From the NCBI GenBank assembly GCA_977020255.1, contig CDROCS010000122.1, positions 558,001 to 622,000 of the forward strand: a stretch of 64,000 nt of DNA, in the 5' to 3' direction. Under the pieces are notes generated by a model, which was not told the origin of the DNA, searched no databases, and saw only the letters and a program-made list of their open reading frames with translations. Numbering within the stretch: position 1 is the first letter of the stretch; each line of letters starts with the position of its first letter. Shown one piece after another: positions 18,116 through 31,641 of this stretch. The stretch comes from Obrimoposthia wandeli. Lineage: Eukaryota. Position numbers and translations under genes: made by a program.

Positions 18116-21100
18116 ATGACACTGTATGACCCAGCGCTGGAAAAAGATAACTGTGGTTTTGGTTTAATCGCCCATATTGAAGGTGATACTAGTCACAAGC
18201 TAGTGCGTACCGCCATATCGGCATTGGATCGTATGACCCACCGAGGTGGCATTGCTGCCGATGGCAAAACCGGGGATGGTTGTGGGCTCTTAATGAAAAA
18301 GCCCGAAAGCTTCTATCGTATTATCGCCGAAGAAAAAGATTGGAAACTCGCCCGAGAGTTTGCCATTGGTATGCTATTTCTTAGTCAAGACCCAGTTAGA
18401 GCAGAGCAAGCCCGCGCAATTATCAATGATGAACTATCAAAAGAAACATTGTCTGTTGCAGGTTGGCGTACCGTTCCTATCAATGATCAGGTTCTCGGCC
18501 CTATTGCTAAAGAATCATTACCCAATATTGAGCAGGTATTTATCAATGCACCTGCTGGCTGGAAGCCTCGCGACATAGATCGTCGCCTTTATATTGCTCG
18601 TCGCCGCATTGAACAGCGTATTTCTGACGATCCTGATTTTTATATCTGTAGCCTCTCTAGCCAAGTCACAGTTTACAAAGGCTTGTGTATGCCAGCAGAT
18701 TTACCTCGGTTTTACACTGATCTGGGAGATCTTCGTTTAGAGTCTTCTATTTGCTTATTCCACCAGCGTTTCTCGACCAATACCCAACCACGCTGGCCAT
18801 TAGCACAACCCTTCCGCTATTTGGCCCACAATGGTGAAATTAATACCATTGCGGGTAACCGCCAATGGGCACGCGCACGCGCTTATAAATTTGCTTCGCC
18901 ATTATTGCCCGACCTTCAAACAGCCGCCCCCTTTATCAATGAAACAGGATCGGACTCATCTAGCTTAGATAATATGCTAGAACTGTTTTTAGCCGGCGGC
19001 CTCGATCTGTTCCGTGCAATGCGTATGTTAGTGCCACCAGCATGGCAAAATCATCCTGATATGGATCCTGAACTTCGCGCTTTTTATGATTTTAACTCCA
19101 TGCACATGGAGCCATGGGATGGGCCGGCAGGTATCGTGATGTCTGATGGGCGCTATGCCGCCTGCAATCTTGATCGAAATGGTCTACGACCTGCTCGTTA
19201 TGTGATCACAAAAGACAAATTGATTACCCTTGCATCAGAAGTCGGCATTTGGGATTACGCCCCCGATGAGGTATCTGAAAAAGGCCGTGTTGGCCCAGGT
19301 GAACTGCTCGTTATCGACACCAAGTTCGGCAAGATCTGGCATTCTAGCGACATAGACAACGAACTTATGGGGCGGCATCCTTATAAAGAGTGGATGGACA
19401 GCCACGTTAAACGGTTAATCCCTTTTGCTGAACTGGCTGACGATCAAGTCGGCAGCCGCGCATTGGATGACAACGAACTCAAGACTTATCAGAAACTATT
19501 TGGCGTCAGCCTCGAAGAGTTAGATCAGGTATTACGGGTTGTCGGCGAAAACGGTCAAGAAGCGACAGGCTCAATGGGTGATGATGCCCCAATGGCGGTA
19601 TTATCATCAAAAGAGCGCGCCATTACCGACTACTTCCGCCAAATGTTTGCTCAGGTGACTAATCCACCGATCGACCCACTGCGTGAAAAGCACGTTATGT
19701 CACTCGCCACCTGTATTGGTCGTGAAATGAATGTGTTCTGTGAAACCGATGGGCACGCTTATCGGGTTGCCTTTAATTCGCCGATATTACTGTATTCAGA
19801 TCTAGTACAACTCTTAGAACTCGATAACCAATATTACCGTAATAGCATTATCGATATTAACTACGATTCGAGCGAAAAAGATCTCAAACAAGCTATTAAT
19901 GATTTATGTGACCAAGCTGAGCGCCTCGTTCGCAGTGGTACCGTATTACTCGTATTATCCGATCGTGGCATTGATAAAAATAAGTTACCGATCCCTGCAG
20001 CAATGGCCGTCGGTGCTGTGCAAAATCGCCTCGTGAAAACAAATTTGCGCTGCGATGCCAATGTGGTTATCGAAACCGCAACCGCGCGTGATCCACACCA
20101 ATTTGCGGTATTAATTGGCTTTGGTGCCACCGCCGTTTATCCATACCTTGCTTATGAATCACTGGGTAAGCTGATCGATAATGGGGCAATATCTAAGCCA
20201 TACCGTGATGTGATGGTGAATTTTCGCGATGGCATGAATAAAGGTCTGTACAAGATCATGTCGAAAATGGGGATCTCCACCGTAGCCTCATACCGTTGTT
20301 CACAACTCTTTGAAGCGATTGGTCTGCATGAAGACATCATCGAGTTATGCTTTAGCGGTGTTTCAAGCCGAATTTCTGGCGCTAACTTTGACGACTTCCA
20401 ACAAGATTCATTTAATCTATCACGTAAAGCATGGCTAAAACGTAAGCCGATAGATCATGGCGGCTTGCTAAAATACGTTCACGGTGGTGAATTCCATGCC
20501 TATAATCCCGATGTGGTTGGCACCCTGCAACAGGCTGTAAAATCAGGTAATTATAACGATTACTTGGCGTTTGCCAATATCGTTAATGAACGCCCAGTCG
20601 CGGCTATTCGTGACTTATTAGCATTAAAAAAATCGGATAATCCGACAACACTAGAACAAGTCGAAGCAGCCTCTGAACTCTATAAACGCTTCGATTCCGC
20701 CGCGATGTCTATTGGTGCGCTCAGCCCTGAAGCCCATGAAGCACTCGCGATTGCGATGAACCGTTTGGGCGGTTGCTCGAATTCAGGCGAAGGCGGTGAA
20801 GATCCACGTCGCTTTGGCAGCGAGCGAAACTCACGAATTAAGCAAGTGGCTTCCGGACGATTTGGCGTCACACCGCATTACTTAGTCAATGCCGATGTTA
20901 TTCAGATCAAAGTGGCACAAGGTGCGAAACCCGGAGAAGGGGGCCAGCTGCCGGGTCACAAAGTCACCACTGAAATAGCTAAGCTGCGCTTTGCGGTACC
21001 CGGAGTAACATTAATATCACCGCCACCTCACCACGATATTTATTCGATTGAAGATTTAGCCCAATTGATCTTTGATTTAAAAGAAGTCAATCCTAAAGCC

Positions 21101-22579
21101 ATGGTCTCGGTCAAGCTGGTTTCAGAGCCTGGCGTCGGCACGATTGCGACAGGTGTCGCTAAAGCCTATGCAGATCTCATCACCATTTCTGGCTACGACG
21201 GCGGAACTGGGGCGAGCCCACTATCTTCTGTAAAATATGCTGGCAGCCCGTGGGAGTTGGGGTTAGCCGAAACTCAACAAGCATTAGTGGCAAACGGATT
21301 GCGGCATAAAATCCGCCTACAAGTCGATGGCGGCTTAAAAACCGGTCTCGATGTGGTGAAAGCGGCAATTCTAGGTGCTGAAAGCTTTGGTTTTGGTACT
21401 GCCCCTATGGTGGCGTTAGGCTGTAAATACCTACGTATTTGTCACCTAAATAACTGTGCAACAGGGGTAGCAACCCAAGATGAAAAACTGCGTCGTGACT
21501 TCTTTAAAGGTTTACCAAAACAAGTCATGAACTACTTCATCGGCTTAGGTCAGGAGGTCCGTGAGTTATTGGCTCAGTTAGGGGTTAAGCAGCTCACCGA
21601 TCTGATTGGTCGTACTGATCTACTAACAGTCATTAACGGTCATACCGCGAAACAAAACAAACTTGATTTAAGCAGCCTACTACATGCGCCTACACCAATC
21701 GCAGGTAAAACAGTGTATTGCAGCGAACCCAATACCCCGTTTGATACCGCTAAATTAAGTAGCACCTTAATTGAAGAAGCCTTACCAGCGATCGAAAGTC
21801 GAAGCGGTGCCGATTTATATCACGATATTCGTAATACTGACCGCTCGATTGGGGCCCGTTTATCCGGTGAAATTGCCCTACGTTATGGTAACCAAGGCAT
21901 GGCAGGGCAACCCATCAACCTTTACTTAACGGGTACTGCTGGTCAGTCATTTGGAGTATGGAATGCAGGAGGGTTAAACCTCAACTTAACGGGCGATGCC
22001 AACGACTATGTGGGTAAAGGGATGACCGGCGGCAAGATTGCTATCAGACCGCCAATTGGCTCTGCATTTAAATCGCATGAAGCCACGATTATTGGTAATA
22101 CCTGCTTATATGGTGCGACGGGCGGAAAGTTATTTGCTGCTGGTACGGCAGGTGAACGCTTCGGGGTGCGCAACTCAGGCACGATTGCCGTGGTTGAAGG
22201 TGCTGGTGATAACGCCTGCGAATACATGACGGGAGGTATTATTGCCATTTTAGGTAAAACGGGGGTCAACTTCGGTGCAGGCATGACGGGAGGCTTTGCT
22301 TATATCCTCGATGAAGATGGTGATTTTGCAGGCCGCGTGAATCCAGAGCTAATTGAAACATTGCCGTTAAATGGCCTTCAAATCCACCAAGAACATTTAC
22401 GCGGTTTGATTGATCGCCATCTTGAAGAAACAGGATCAAGCCGAGCGCAAGAGATTCTTGCCGACTTCGATCGATGGATTCCGAAGTTCCATTTAGCGAA
22501 ACCTAAATCGGCCGATGTGAATACCCTTCTGGGTCACCAAAGCCGTTCAGCTGCCGAGCTGCGTGTTCAAGCACAATAA
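18116..22579 (+). CDS. gltB: glutamate synthase large subunit, copy 2 (E. coli-like)
   Basis: KDNCGFG nucleophile, [16 protein letters not shown]; start moved to ATG 18116 behind GGGAGA RBS (ORF track gives 18071). Confidence 0.96.
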   Translation: MTLYDPALEKDNCGFGLIAHIEGDTSHKLVRTAISALDRMTHRGGIAADGKTGDGCGLLMKKPESFYRIIAEEKDWKLAREFAIGMLFLSQDPVRAEQARAIINDELSKETLSVAGWRTVPINDQVLGPIAKESLPNIEQVFINAPAGWKPRDIDRRLYIARRRIEQRISDDPDFYICSLSSQVTVYKGLCMPADLPRFYTDLGDLRLESSICLFHQRFSTNTQPRWPLAQPFRYLAHNGEINTIAGNRQWARARAYKFASPLLPDLQTAAPFINETGSDSSSLDNMLELFLAGGLDLFRAMRMLVPPAWQNHPDMDPELRAFYDFNSMHMEPWDGPAGIVMSDGRYAACNLDRNGLRPARYVITKDKLITLASEVGIWDYAPDEVSEKGRVGPGELLVIDTKFGKIWHSSDIDNELMGRHPYKEWMDSHVKRLIPFAELADDQVGSRALDDNELKTYQKLFGVSLEELDQVLRVVGENGQEATGSMGDDAPMAVLSSKERAITDYFRQMFAQVTNPPIDPLREKHVMSLATCIGREMNVFCETDGHAYRVAFNSPILLYSDLVQLLELDNQYYRNSIIDINYDSSEKDLKQAINDLCDQAERLVRSGTVLLVLSDRGIDKNKLPIPAAMAVGAVQNRLVKTNLRCDANVVIETATARDPHQFAVLIGFGATAVYPYLAYESLGKLIDNGAISKPYRDVMVNFRDGMNKGLYKIMSKMGISTVASYRCSQLFEAIGLHEDIIELCFSGVSSRISGANFDDFQQDSFNLSRKAWLKRKPIDHGGLLKYVHGGEFHAYNPDVVGTLQQAVKSGNYNDYLAFANIVNERPVAAIRDLLALKKSDNPTTLEQVEAASELYKRFDSAAMSIGALSPEAHEALAIAMNRLGGCSNSGEGGEDPRRFGSERNSRIKQVASGRFGVTPHYLVNADVIQIKVAQGAKPGEGGQLPGHKVTTEIAKLRFAVPGVTLISPPPHHDIYSIEDLAQLIFDLKEVNPKAMVSVKLVSEPGVGTIATGVAKAYADLITISGYDGGTGASPLSSVKYAGSPWELGLAETQQALVANGLRHKIRLQVDGGLKTGLDVVKAAILGAESFGFGTAPMVALGCKYLRICHLNNCATGVATQDEKLRRDFFKGLPKQVMNYFIGLGQEVRELLAQLGVKQLTDLIGRTDLLTVINGHTAKQNKLDLSSLLHAPTPIAGKTVYCSEPNTPFDTAKLSSTLIEEALPAIESRSGADLYHDIRNTDRSIGARLSGEIALRYGNQGMAGQPINLYLTGTAGQSFGVWNAGGLNLNLTGDANDYVGKGMTGGKIAIRPPIGSAFKSHEATIIGNTCLYGATGGKLFAAGTAGERFGVRNSGTIAVVEGAGDNACEYMTGGIIAILGKTGVNFGAGMTGGFAYILDEDGDFAGRVNPELIETLPLNGLQIHQEHLRGLIDRHLEETGSSRAQEILADFDRWIPKFHLAKPKSADVNTLLGHQSRSAAELRVQAQ

Positions 22580-24007
<1,428 letters not shown>

Positions 24008-24034
24008 CGCTTAGCAGCACGAATAATGCGTTAC

Positions 24035-24093
24035 AAAGCGAGAGTCTAGATGGTCTAATTACTCGTAATTAGTACCATTGACTCTCGTTTTTT
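24035..24093 (+). terminator. long-stem terminator after gltBD copy 2
   Basis: AAAGCGAGAGTC...GACTCTCGTTTTTT enclosing TGGT-CTAATTA-CTCG-TAATTAG-TACCA. Confidence 0.7.
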
Positions 24094-24193
24094 CATACTT
24101 CAACCTTTCTCACAGCGTGTTACAATTGCGCCAATGATTACATTTCTGGTTGCGACTCTCGCAGCAAGTATTGACTAACAAGAGAACAAATCC

Positions 24194-24892
24194 ATGAAAA
24201 TCGGCATTATTGGCGCGATGGAGCAAGAAGTTACCATCCTTAAAGAGCAACTTACTGACTGCGAAACTCACCACAAAGCAGGTTGTACTTTTTACACGGG
24301 TAACCTGAATGGCGCAGATGTTGTCTTGTTACAATCTGGGATTGGTAAAGTAGCAGCAGCTGTGGGTACCGCTGTTTTACTGGAAGTATTCCAACCAGAT
24401 GTTGTCTTAAACACCGGTTCTGCGGGTGGTTTTGATTCAAGCCTAACACTTGGTGATGTGGTTATTTCAACAGAAGTACGTTACCACGATGCTGATGTAA
24501 CGGCGTTTGGCTATGAAATTGGTCAAATGGCACAGCAACCAGCAGCTTTCATTTCTGATGAAAAGTTGATACTGACTGCAGAGCAAGCACTCGCCTCAAT
24601 GGCTGACGTGCATGCCGTTCGCGGTCTAATTTGTACGGGTGATGCATTCGTATGTACGCCTGAAAAACAAGCGTTCATTCGTGATAACTTCCCAACAGTT
24701 ATTGCAGTAGAAATGGAAGCGGCTGCAATCGCTCAAGCTTGTCATCAATTCAATGTACCGTTTGTTGTTGTGCGTGCAATTTCAGATGTCGCAGATAAAG
24801 AATCACCAATGAGCTTTGAAGAGTTCTTACCATTAGCTGCGCAAAGTTCGTCAGTAATGGTTGCAAAAATGGTTGAGATTCTTAATCAGTAA
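24194..24892 (+). CDS. mtnN: 5'-methylthioadenosine/S-adenosylhomocysteine nucleosidase
   Basis: 232 aa; [31 protein letters not shown]. Confidence 0.97.
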   Translation: MKIGIIGAMEQEVTILKEQLTDCETHHKAGCTFYTGNLNGADVVLLQSGIGKVAAAVGTAVLLEVFQPDVVLNTGSAGGFDSSLTLGDVVISTEVRYHDADVTAFGYEIGQMAQQPAAFISDEKLILTAEQALASMADVHAVRGLICTGDAFVCTPEKQAFIRDNFPTVIAVEMEAAAIAQACHQFNVPFVVVRAISDVADKESPMSFEEFLPLAAQSSSVMVAKMVEILNQ

Positions 24893-25848
24893 TGACTAAT
24901 AGCTGGTCTATTTTGCTCGATAACGCCTCCCTACTCGCATTGTGGGGAGCGTTAGTCATACATTGGTTTTTCCCAATACCCACCGCGATTCATCCCATTC
25001 ATATTTGCCAACGTTTCGCGATTCTGCTTGCCGATAAAGTCAACAACCCTAACGATAACTACAAACAACGTTTATTCTCAGGAACATTAACTTGGGCACT
25101 TATTTGGGGCACGCTGTTAATTTTATTGATTGCACTTTATCAACTTGTTTGGGTGGATGTTCTGTTTCAACTCACCTTGTTATGGGTAGCATTAGATTGG
25201 CGTAATACCGCAAAACTCAGCCAGCACTTCATTAATGCTTATGCCAAAGAAGACAAAGTACGCTGCCGTCAATTACTGGAATATCCCCTTAACCGCAACA
25301 CCCAAAATCTCTCTTTATTAGGTTTAGGTAAAGCAGGAGCAGAAACACAGCTTCTGAGTTACGGACGCTTAGTGGCTGGCGTTTTATTCTGGTACGCCAT
25401 TGCGGGTGGAATTGGGGCTGTTATGTATCGCATTGCCGTTTGCCTTGCCCGCGCATGGTCACCATCGCGTCATCAATACAATATATTCGGATTACCTGCT
25501 GTACGTATTCTCGCGATGCTCGATATTATTCCACTGCGCATACTGGCATTACTCATTACTGTCGGTAACAACAGCAAAGTCGCACTCCAAGGGTTAATCA
25601 AGCAGGGAGAACACTGGTTTTTGCCCGGCCCCGGCTGGCTACTGAGTGCGACAGGGCATAAATTATCGCTATCTTTAGGTGGGCCCGCAATTTACGATAA
25701 TAAGAAAATGGTGCGGCCCCAAATTGGTGGGCAAATCGCCCCTGCAGCCTTTCATTTAGCGCAAATACAACAAATGATGACGCACCGTCTGCTTGCTTGG
25801 GTCATTATTGAAAGCGCATTACTGTTTATTTTTCAAGGAAGTTTTTAA
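24892..25848 (+). CDS. cbiB: CobD/CbiB-family membrane protein
   Basis: 318 aa; polytopic, HP motif, LFW/YR motif, LGGPAIY; position between mtnN and btuF. Confidence 0.75.
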   Translation: MTNSWSILLDNASLLALWGALVIHWFFPIPTAIHPIHICQRFAILLADKVNNPNDNYKQRLFSGTLTWALIWGTLLILLIALYQLVWVDVLFQLTLLWVALDWRNTAKLSQHFINAYAKEDKVRCRQLLEYPLNRNTQNLSLLGLGKAGAETQLLSYGRLVAGVLFWYAIAGGIGAVMYRIAVCLARAWSPSRHQYNIFGLPAVRILAMLDIIPLRILALLITVGNNSKVALQGLIKQGEHWFLPGPGWLLSATGHKLSLSLGGPAIYDNKKMVRPQIGGQIAPAAFHLAQIQQMMTHRLLAWVIIESALLFIFQGSF

Positions 25849-26673
25849 GTGCGCTTTATTTATCTGTTTATTGTTCTATTTTCATCGTTCAGTATTGCTC
25901 AACAACCAGCCTTACGTGTTATTAGCCTTTCTCCTCATACTACGGAACTTGCTTACGCCGCAGGGCTTGGTGACGCTTTAATTGCTGTCAGTGATTACAG
26001 TGATTATCCAGAAGCCGCACAAAAGCTTGAACGTGTTGCTAACTATCGCGGGGTAAAATTAGAGCGTATTGTCGCATTACAACCTGATCTGATATTGGCA
26101 TGGAAAGGCGGTAATCCCCCTCGTGAAATGGCAAAATTAGAACAATTAGGGCTGAATGTTTTTTATTCTAACCCTGTCGAGCTGGAAGATATTGCAACGA
26201 CGATCGAGCAACTTGGTCAATATTCACCAGAGCCTACACAAGCGACACAAACCGCCAATCAATTTCGCCAAGAAATTAATGTCTTTAAAGCCCGCAATGA
26301 AAATCAACGTACTGTGAGTTTCTTCTACCAGTTAAGTGCCTCCCCTATCATTACCGTTGCTGATGGTAGCTGGCCAAGCCAAGTATTTTCATTATGTGGT
26401 GGCAGAAATATTTTTGGGGATAGCCCTGCTGCCTACCCCCAAGTTTCAGAAGAGCAAGTTGTTGTTCGCCAGCCAGAAGTTATTTTTGGTACACCTCATG
26501 CCGATACCCAAACCAGTATTTGGCATAACTGGCAAGGTAAATTGCCAGCAGTTGATAATCATCATGTTTTCACATTACAAGCTGATTGGCTAAACCGCCC
26601 GACACCACGTACGATTAATGCGATCAAACAAGTCTGCGGTCTGTTCGATCAAGTCAGGAATAGCATTCTGTAA
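25849..26673 (+). CDS. btuF: vitamin B12 ABC transporter periplasmic binding protein
   Basis: 274 aa, GTG start; [31 protein letters not shown]. Confidence 0.92.
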   Translation: MRFIYLFIVLFSSFSIAQQPALRVISLSPHTTELAYAAGLGDALIAVSDYSDYPEAAQKLERVANYRGVKLERIVALQPDLILAWKGGNPPREMAKLEQLGLNVFYSNPVELEDIATTIEQLGQYSPEPTQATQTANQFRQEINVFKARNENQRTVSFFYQLSASPIITVADGSWPSQVFSLCGGRNIFGDSPAAYPQVSEEQVVVRQPEVIFGTPHADTQTSIWHNWQGKLPAVDNHHVFTLQADWLNRPTPRTINAIKQVCGLFDQVRNSIL

Positions 26674-26794
26674 CAGAGTCTCAACAATCAATGTGAATAA
26701 GATCACAAAGCCGTGATAGCGAGTTGAGCCAATTCTATTTCCTCGTACAATCTCAGTCCGCTCTCAATGGTCTTTCTATTTAACAGGTACAAAC

Positions 26795-27406
26795 ATGCTT
26801 ATCTATATTCTCGATATGTTCGGCACTGCCGTTTTTGCCGCATCGGGTGTGTTACTGGCGGGTCGATTAAGAATGGACCCGTTTGGTGTCGTTGTTCTTG
26901 CCAGCGTGACGGCTATTGGCGGTGGTACGATTCGTGATATGGCATTAGGTGCCACGCCAGTGTTTTGGATTACTGATACCAACTACTTATGGGTCATCTT
27001 CTTTACTTGTCTTATTAGCATGATCGCCGTACGACGCCCACAGCGTATGCCATGGTATTTTTTACCTGTTGCCGATGCCATTGGTTTAGCCGTCTTTGTT
27101 GCTATCGGGGTAGAAAAAGCCCTTCGTTTCGGTGCATCACCGATGGTAGCTGTGATTATGGGGGTTATTACAGGCTGTGGCGGTGGCGTAATTCGTGATG
27201 TATTAGCCAGAGAAATCCCAATGGTATTACGAACTGAAGTGTATGCAACCGCATGTATTCTAGGTGGCATGATTCACACTATTGGCTTAAGCGCGAATGT
27301 TGATCCTACGATCGCAACCCTTGCTGGCATAGTAACAACACTGTCGATTCGTCTTGCTGCAATTCGTTGGCACCTTTCTTTGCCAGCGTTAACCCTACAA
27401 AGTTAA
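26795..27406 (+). CDS. yadS: TRIC-family/UPF0126 membrane protein
   Basis: 203 aa; repeated GGGTIRD / GGGVIRD motifs; follows btuF as in E. coli. Confidence 0.88.
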   Translation: MLIYILDMFGTAVFAASGVLLAGRLRMDPFGVVVLASVTAIGGGTIRDMALGATPVFWITDTNYLWVIFFTCLISMIAVRRPQRMPWYFLPVADAIGLAVFVAIGVEKALRFGASPMVAVIMGVITGCGGGVIRDVLAREIPMVLRTEVYATACILGGMIHTIGLSANVDPTIATLAGIVTTLSIRLAAIRWHLSLPALTLQS

Positions 27407-27438
27407 CGTTACTCACAAGTCTAGTGATTACAACATCT

Positions 27439-27470
27439 TGCATAAAACGCCACTCAGGCGGTTTTATGCA
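27439..27470. terminator. terminator-like hairpin after yadS
   Basis: TGCATAAAAC-GCC-ACTCA-GGC-G-GTTTTATGCA. Confidence 0.55.
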
Positions 27471-27480
27471 AAAACGTAAT

Positions 27481-27700
27481 CCACTTCCTCCAAACCGCGA
27501 TCCCCCAAATTTAAGATAAGATAAGAAAACAAGGGCGAGGCGATCATTATCGCTAGTGTCATCCAGGGACAAAAAGCAGTTATATTGCCCTTCAAGAAGT
27601 GGTTGAACGCGAAAAATCGACAGAACGCCCTATCGCAATATTGGTATTAATTATATTGGGATCGTCATTAATCATGTGGGTGAAACGAAAGCACGTTTAA
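27481..27700 (+). pseudogene. possible 3' relic of a gene with a C-terminal membrane anchor
   Basis: Startless frame ending PIAILVLIILGSSLIMWVKRKHV*, joinable to an upstream frame at the A5 run 27571-27575. Confidence 0.25.
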
Positions 27701-27737
27701 TCGGCGCTAATTATCAAGAAAATGATCTTGGTGCCGA

Positions 27738-28355
27738 TCACCCTTGGCGTAAACGGTGCTTTTTCAGCGAGCGAAAAATTAACGCTAAAAATACAAGTAC
27801 CACAGCACTAACAACCGCCCAGCACAATGTTTGATAATTATGATAAAAAGCCAGAATATGTTCCATTTCATCATGTAGATATGCCGGAGCTACCCCGAAT
27901 ACCGCTAGCCACACACTGATAGCCAGTAAGTTACCAATCAAAAAATGTTTAACCGGCATTTGCGCTATACCACAGCCTAATGCCATGAATTGTTTGATCC
28001 CTTCAACAAATCGACTTATCAATAAACCAAACGTGCCATAACGCTCAATAAAAGCATGTAGTTTTTCAAGCGTTCGTGGTTTTATCCATTGTTTGTTCAC
28101 CAACACATGACCAAACTTTCGACCAATCCAGAAACCACAACAATTACCAATAAAGCCACTAAGACCCGCCACAAGTAAAATGCTAGACAACGACATTTTA
28201 CCGGACGCTGCCAGTAAGCTGGCCACCACTAATAAAGATTGCCCAGGCGCAGGAATGCCCACGCCTTCAACCGCGATTGCAATCGCTAAGATCCAATAAC
28301 CATATTGTTGAAGCAATGGTGTTAATTCAGTAATAATATGTTCAAACGATGTCAT
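27738..28355 (-). CDS. DedA family membrane protein
   Basis: 205 aa; EGVGIPAPGQSLL, SRFVEG, MALGCG resemble DedA motifs. Confidence 0.85.
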   Translation of the reverse strand: MTSFEHIITELTPLLQQYGYWILAIAIAVEGVGIPAPGQSLLVVASLLAASGKMSLSSILLVAGLSGFIGNCCGFWIGRKFGHVLVNKQWIKPRTLEKLHAFIERYGTFGLLISRFVEGIKQFMALGCGIAQMPVKHFLIGNLLAISVWLAVFGVAPAYLHDEMEHILAFYHNYQTLCWAVVSAVVLVFLALIFRSLKKHRLRQG

Positions 28356-28431
28356 AACAAACCATTCGATAAAGGGATATCTCGATCATAGTCTTCTAGA
28401 TGACAGAGAGAAATAAAAAAATGCAGCCAAT

Positions 28432-28457
28432 AAAAAAGGCGCATCAAGCGCCCTTTT
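28432..28457 (-). terminator. intrinsic terminator after tyrS
   Basis: Minus strand AAAAGGGCGC-TTGAT-GCGCCTTTTTT. Confidence 0.8.
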
Positions 28458-28479
28458 ATATCATAGCAAGTTAACCGTA

Positions 28480-29667
28480 TTATTTTAGGGTAATACGTGC
28501 AAACTTACGCTTACCGACTTGGTACACCGCAGTACCAGCAGCTGGAATAAGCTTCGTATCTTCAATCTTGTTACCATCAATCTTCGCTGCGCCCTGACGG
28601 ATCATACGCATTGCATCAGATGTCGAATTTACAAGACCTGCGTCTTTTAGCAAGTTGCTGATTGCAATACCGGCTTCAAATTCAAGCTCTGGCATTTCTT
28701 CAGGCATCGCACCTTTTTGGAAGCGATTAATAAACTCTTGCTCAGCAGCATCTGCTGCTGCTTCAGAATGGAAACGAGCAATAATTTCTTTCGCTAGCAA
28801 AACCTTAACATCGCGAGGGTTTTTACCGTTCGCCATGTCTTGCTTAAATTGTTCAATCTCTTCAAGTGGGCGGAACGACAAGCACTCAAAGTAGTTCCAC
28901 ATAAGATCATCAGAGATCGACATGATTTTACCAAACATTTCTGTTGGTACTTCACTCACACCAATGTAGTTATGCGCCGACTTAGACATCTTCTTCACGC
29001 CATCAAGACCGACAAGAAGAGGCATAGTCAGTACAACCTGAGGCTTTTGACCGTGTGACTTTTGCAGCTCACGACCCATTAATAGGTTGAATTTCTGATC
29101 AGTACCACCAAGTTCTACATCTGTTTCCATTGCAACTGAATCATACCCTTGTAGTAATGGGTACATGAATTCATGAATCGCAATAGGACGACCGCCGTTA
29201 TAACGCTTTTTAAAATCATCGCGTTCTAACATACGAGCAACGGTTTGGTTAGAAGCAAGGCGAATCATTCCTTCGGCACCTAGCTCTGATAACCACGTTG
29301 AGTTGAACTCAATTTTAGTCTTTGCAGGGTCAAGAATTTTGAACACTTGCTCTTTATACGTTTCAGCATTAGCCAAAACATCTTCACGTGTTAGCGGTGG
29401 ACGCGTGATGTTTTTACCTGATGGATCACCGACCATACCGGTAAAGTCACCAATCAAGAAAGTAACGTCATGACCAAGCTCTTGGAAAGTACGTAGCTTA
29501 TTAAGAATGACTGTGTGGCCCAAATGAATATCAGGCGCTGTTGGATCGGCACCTAGCTTGATTCGTAATGGACGGTTTTCTTTTAATTTAGCAATCAGCT
29601 CTTCTTCTGGAATCAGCTCATCAATACCGCGCTTAATTTCAGCTAAAGCTTGTTCAATGCTGGCCAT
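28480..29667 (-). CDS. tyrS: tyrosyl-tRNA synthetase (short, TyrZ-like type)
   Basis: 395 aa; [21 protein letters not shown]-terminal S4 domain. Confidence 0.96.
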   Translation of the reverse strand: MASIEQALAEIKRGIDELIPEEELIAKLKENRPLRIKLGADPTAPDIHLGHTVILNKLRTFQELGHDVTFLIGDFTGMVGDPSGKNITRPPLTREDVLANAETYKEQVFKILDPAKTKIEFNSTWLSELGAEGMIRLASNQTVARMLERDDFKKRYNGGRPIAIHEFMYPLLQGYDSVAMETDVELGGTDQKFNLLMGRELQKSHGQKPQVVLTMPLLVGLDGVKKMSKSAHNYIGVSEVPTEMFGKIMSISDDLMWNYFECLSFRPLEEIEQFKQDMANGKNPRDVKVLLAKEIIARFHSEAAADAAEQEFINRFQKGAMPEEMPELEFEAGIAISNLLKDAGLVNSTSDAMRMIRQGAAKIDGNKIEDTKLIPAAGTAVYQVGKRKFARITLK

Positions 29668-29793
29668 TCTTGTTTGCTCCTACAGAATTGGCAAAAAAGT
29701 CATAATCAACCATCTTACTTGAATAGAGATGTTTTTTGAAACCAGTTAGACTAAGCGCAGTCTTATTTTTTCCTTTATGTAAAAAAAATACCA

Positions 29794-31119
29794 ATGCTAG
29801 TATCAAAACTTACAAAATTGCCAAGGATGCATCAATTTCTCATCGCTATCATCAGTGCTGCTGTGATAGTGCTGATCCTGCTACCTACACCTAAGAAAGC
29901 AGATCAAATTGAGCGTAAATTTGAAATTGGTAAAATATACCCGCTTGAAATCGACCTTGAGCCCAATCAACTGCGTCCAGCTCAAGAAGATGACCGTCCC
30001 AATATTCCAGCATTAACCTGGAAAAAGCACCAAGTTGCGTCCGGTGAAAGCCTCGCTGTGGTCTTTAATAAAATCGGGTTAAGCTCAAGTACGCTGCACC
30101 GTTTAATCAATGCTGATGAAGGAACCAAAGAGCTCACCGCATTACGTCCAGGTGATACATTTCAATTTGGTATCGATGACAAAAACGAGCTGATTCAACT
30201 TATTCAACCCAAAAGCCCGACAGAAAAGCTCATCATTACCCGTACTGGCAACACCTTTAAATCTAACATTGAAAAGAAAAAAGTAGATACTCAGCTTAAT
30301 TTTGCTCAAGCCACCATTACCTCAAGCTTCTGGAATGCTGCAGATAGAGCCGGGTTAACTGCCAATCAAATCATGGAAATTGCAGGGATCTTTGGTTGGG
30401 ATATCGACTTTGCGTTAGACATTCGAGAAGGCGATACTTTCTCGGTACTATTTGAAGAACGTTTTGTAGAAGGCGAGCAAATTGGCCGCGGAAATATTCT
30501 TGCTGCAACCTTCTCGAATTTAGGCCAAACCTTTACCGCTATTCGTAGTGAAGATGGAAAATATTACGATCAAAATGGCAGTGCCATGCGTAAGGCTTTC
30601 TTACGCTCCCCGATTAATTTTCGTTACGTAAGCTCTAACTTCAACCCTAAAAGACTACACCCTGTAACCGGACGTGTGCGCGCACACCGCGGAACTGACT
30701 ATGTAGCACCAGTAGGCACGCCAATTTGGGCTGCGGGTGATGGCATCGTGATGAAATCAGCCTATAACAAGTTCAACGGCAACTATGTATTCATTCGTCA
30801 CAGCTCTACGTATATCACTAAATACCTTCACATGACCAAGCGATTCGTGAAAACAGGACAACGCGTCAAGCAAGGGCAAACAGTGGGAACATTAGGGAAT
30901 ACAGGACGCGTAACGGGTGCGCATTTACATTACGAATTCTTGGTAAACGGAACTCATAAAAACCCACGAACCGTAAAACTACCACAAGCTGATTCATTGA
31001 AAGGGAAAGAGAAGAGCGCTTTCAAAAAATTTGCCAACGACAGGCTTAGCCAGTTAGCACAGTTTAGTCAGCTGATCGCAGACAATGGCCCCTTAGAGCA
31101 AAGATCGCATAAAGGCTAA
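29794..31119 (+). CDS. M23 family peptidoglycan DD-endopeptidase (MepM/ShyC-like)
   Basis: 441 aa; N-terminal TM, LysM-like region, HRGTD and HLH zinc motifs. Confidence 0.9.
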   Translation: MLVSKLTKLPRMHQFLIAIISAAVIVLILLPTPKKADQIERKFEIGKIYPLEIDLEPNQLRPAQEDDRPNIPALTWKKHQVASGESLAVVFNKIGLSSSTLHRLINADEGTKELTALRPGDTFQFGIDDKNELIQLIQPKSPTEKLIITRTGNTFKSNIEKKKVDTQLNFAQATITSSFWNAADRAGLTANQIMEIAGIFGWDIDFALDIREGDTFSVLFEERFVEGEQIGRGNILAATFSNLGQTFTAIRSEDGKYYDQNGSAMRKAFLRSPINFRYVSSNFNPKRLHPVTGRVRAHRGTDYVAPVGTPIWAAGDGIVMKSAYNKFNGNYVFIRHSSTYITKYLHMTKRFVKTGQRVKQGQTVGTLGNTGRVTGAHLHYEFLVNGTHKNPRTVKLPQADSLKGKEKSAFKKFANDRLSQLAQFSQLIADNGPLEQRSHKG

Positions 31120-31171
31120 CGACCACTGTCAAATATCGCAGACTCTTTTCTGCCCTATTTTCTATCGACAT

Positions 31172-31203
31172 AAAAAAGCCGTCATTCATAATGACGGCTT
31201 TTT
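31172..31203. terminator. bidirectional terminator between M23 peptidase and erpA
   Basis: AAAAAAGCCGTCATT-CAT-AATGACGGCTTTTT. Confidence 0.9.
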
Positions 31204-31239
31204 ACACTGTTATCTATTCTGAAGATAGTTAACCATGAT

Positions 31240-31581
31240 TTAAACGCTGAATGACGCACCACAACCACAGGTTGTTGTTGCATTTGGATTGTTTACAAAG
31301 AAACGAGAACCTTCCAGCCCTTCAGTGTAATCAACTATACCGCCAACTAAATATTGTAGGCTCATTGGGTCAACCACCAGCGTTACACCACTGTTTACGA
31401 TCGTCATATCGCCATCATTTACTTTTTCATCAAAAGTAAAACCATACTGGAAACCACTACAACCACCACCAGTGATATAAACGCGCAGTTTCAGTTCTGG
31501 GTTCTCTTCTTCAGCAATAAGCGTTTTCACTTTGTTCGCAGCTACATCAGAAAAAGACAGCGGTACATTGGCGTCGCTCAT
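31240..31581 (-). CDS. erpA: Fe-S cluster insertion protein ErpA
   Basis: [11 protein letters not shown] and TCGCGASF; start set at ATG 31581 behind GAGAGG RBS. Confidence 0.95.
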   Translation of the reverse strand: MSDANVPLSFSDVAANKVKTLIAEEENPELKLRVYITGGGCSGFQYGFTFDEKVNDGDMTIVNSGVTLVVDPMSLQYLVGGIVDYTEGLEGSRFFVNNPNATTTCGCGASFSV

Positions 31582-31641
31582 TAAAGACCTCTCAAACACA
31601 TGCGGTAATTAACATGATTATCTAATACCTGACTAACTTGT

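Noticed and set aside
24008-24193. Cobalamin riboswitch ahead of mtnN-cbiB-btuF
   Set aside because: Leader too short after the terminator and no B12-box recognisable.
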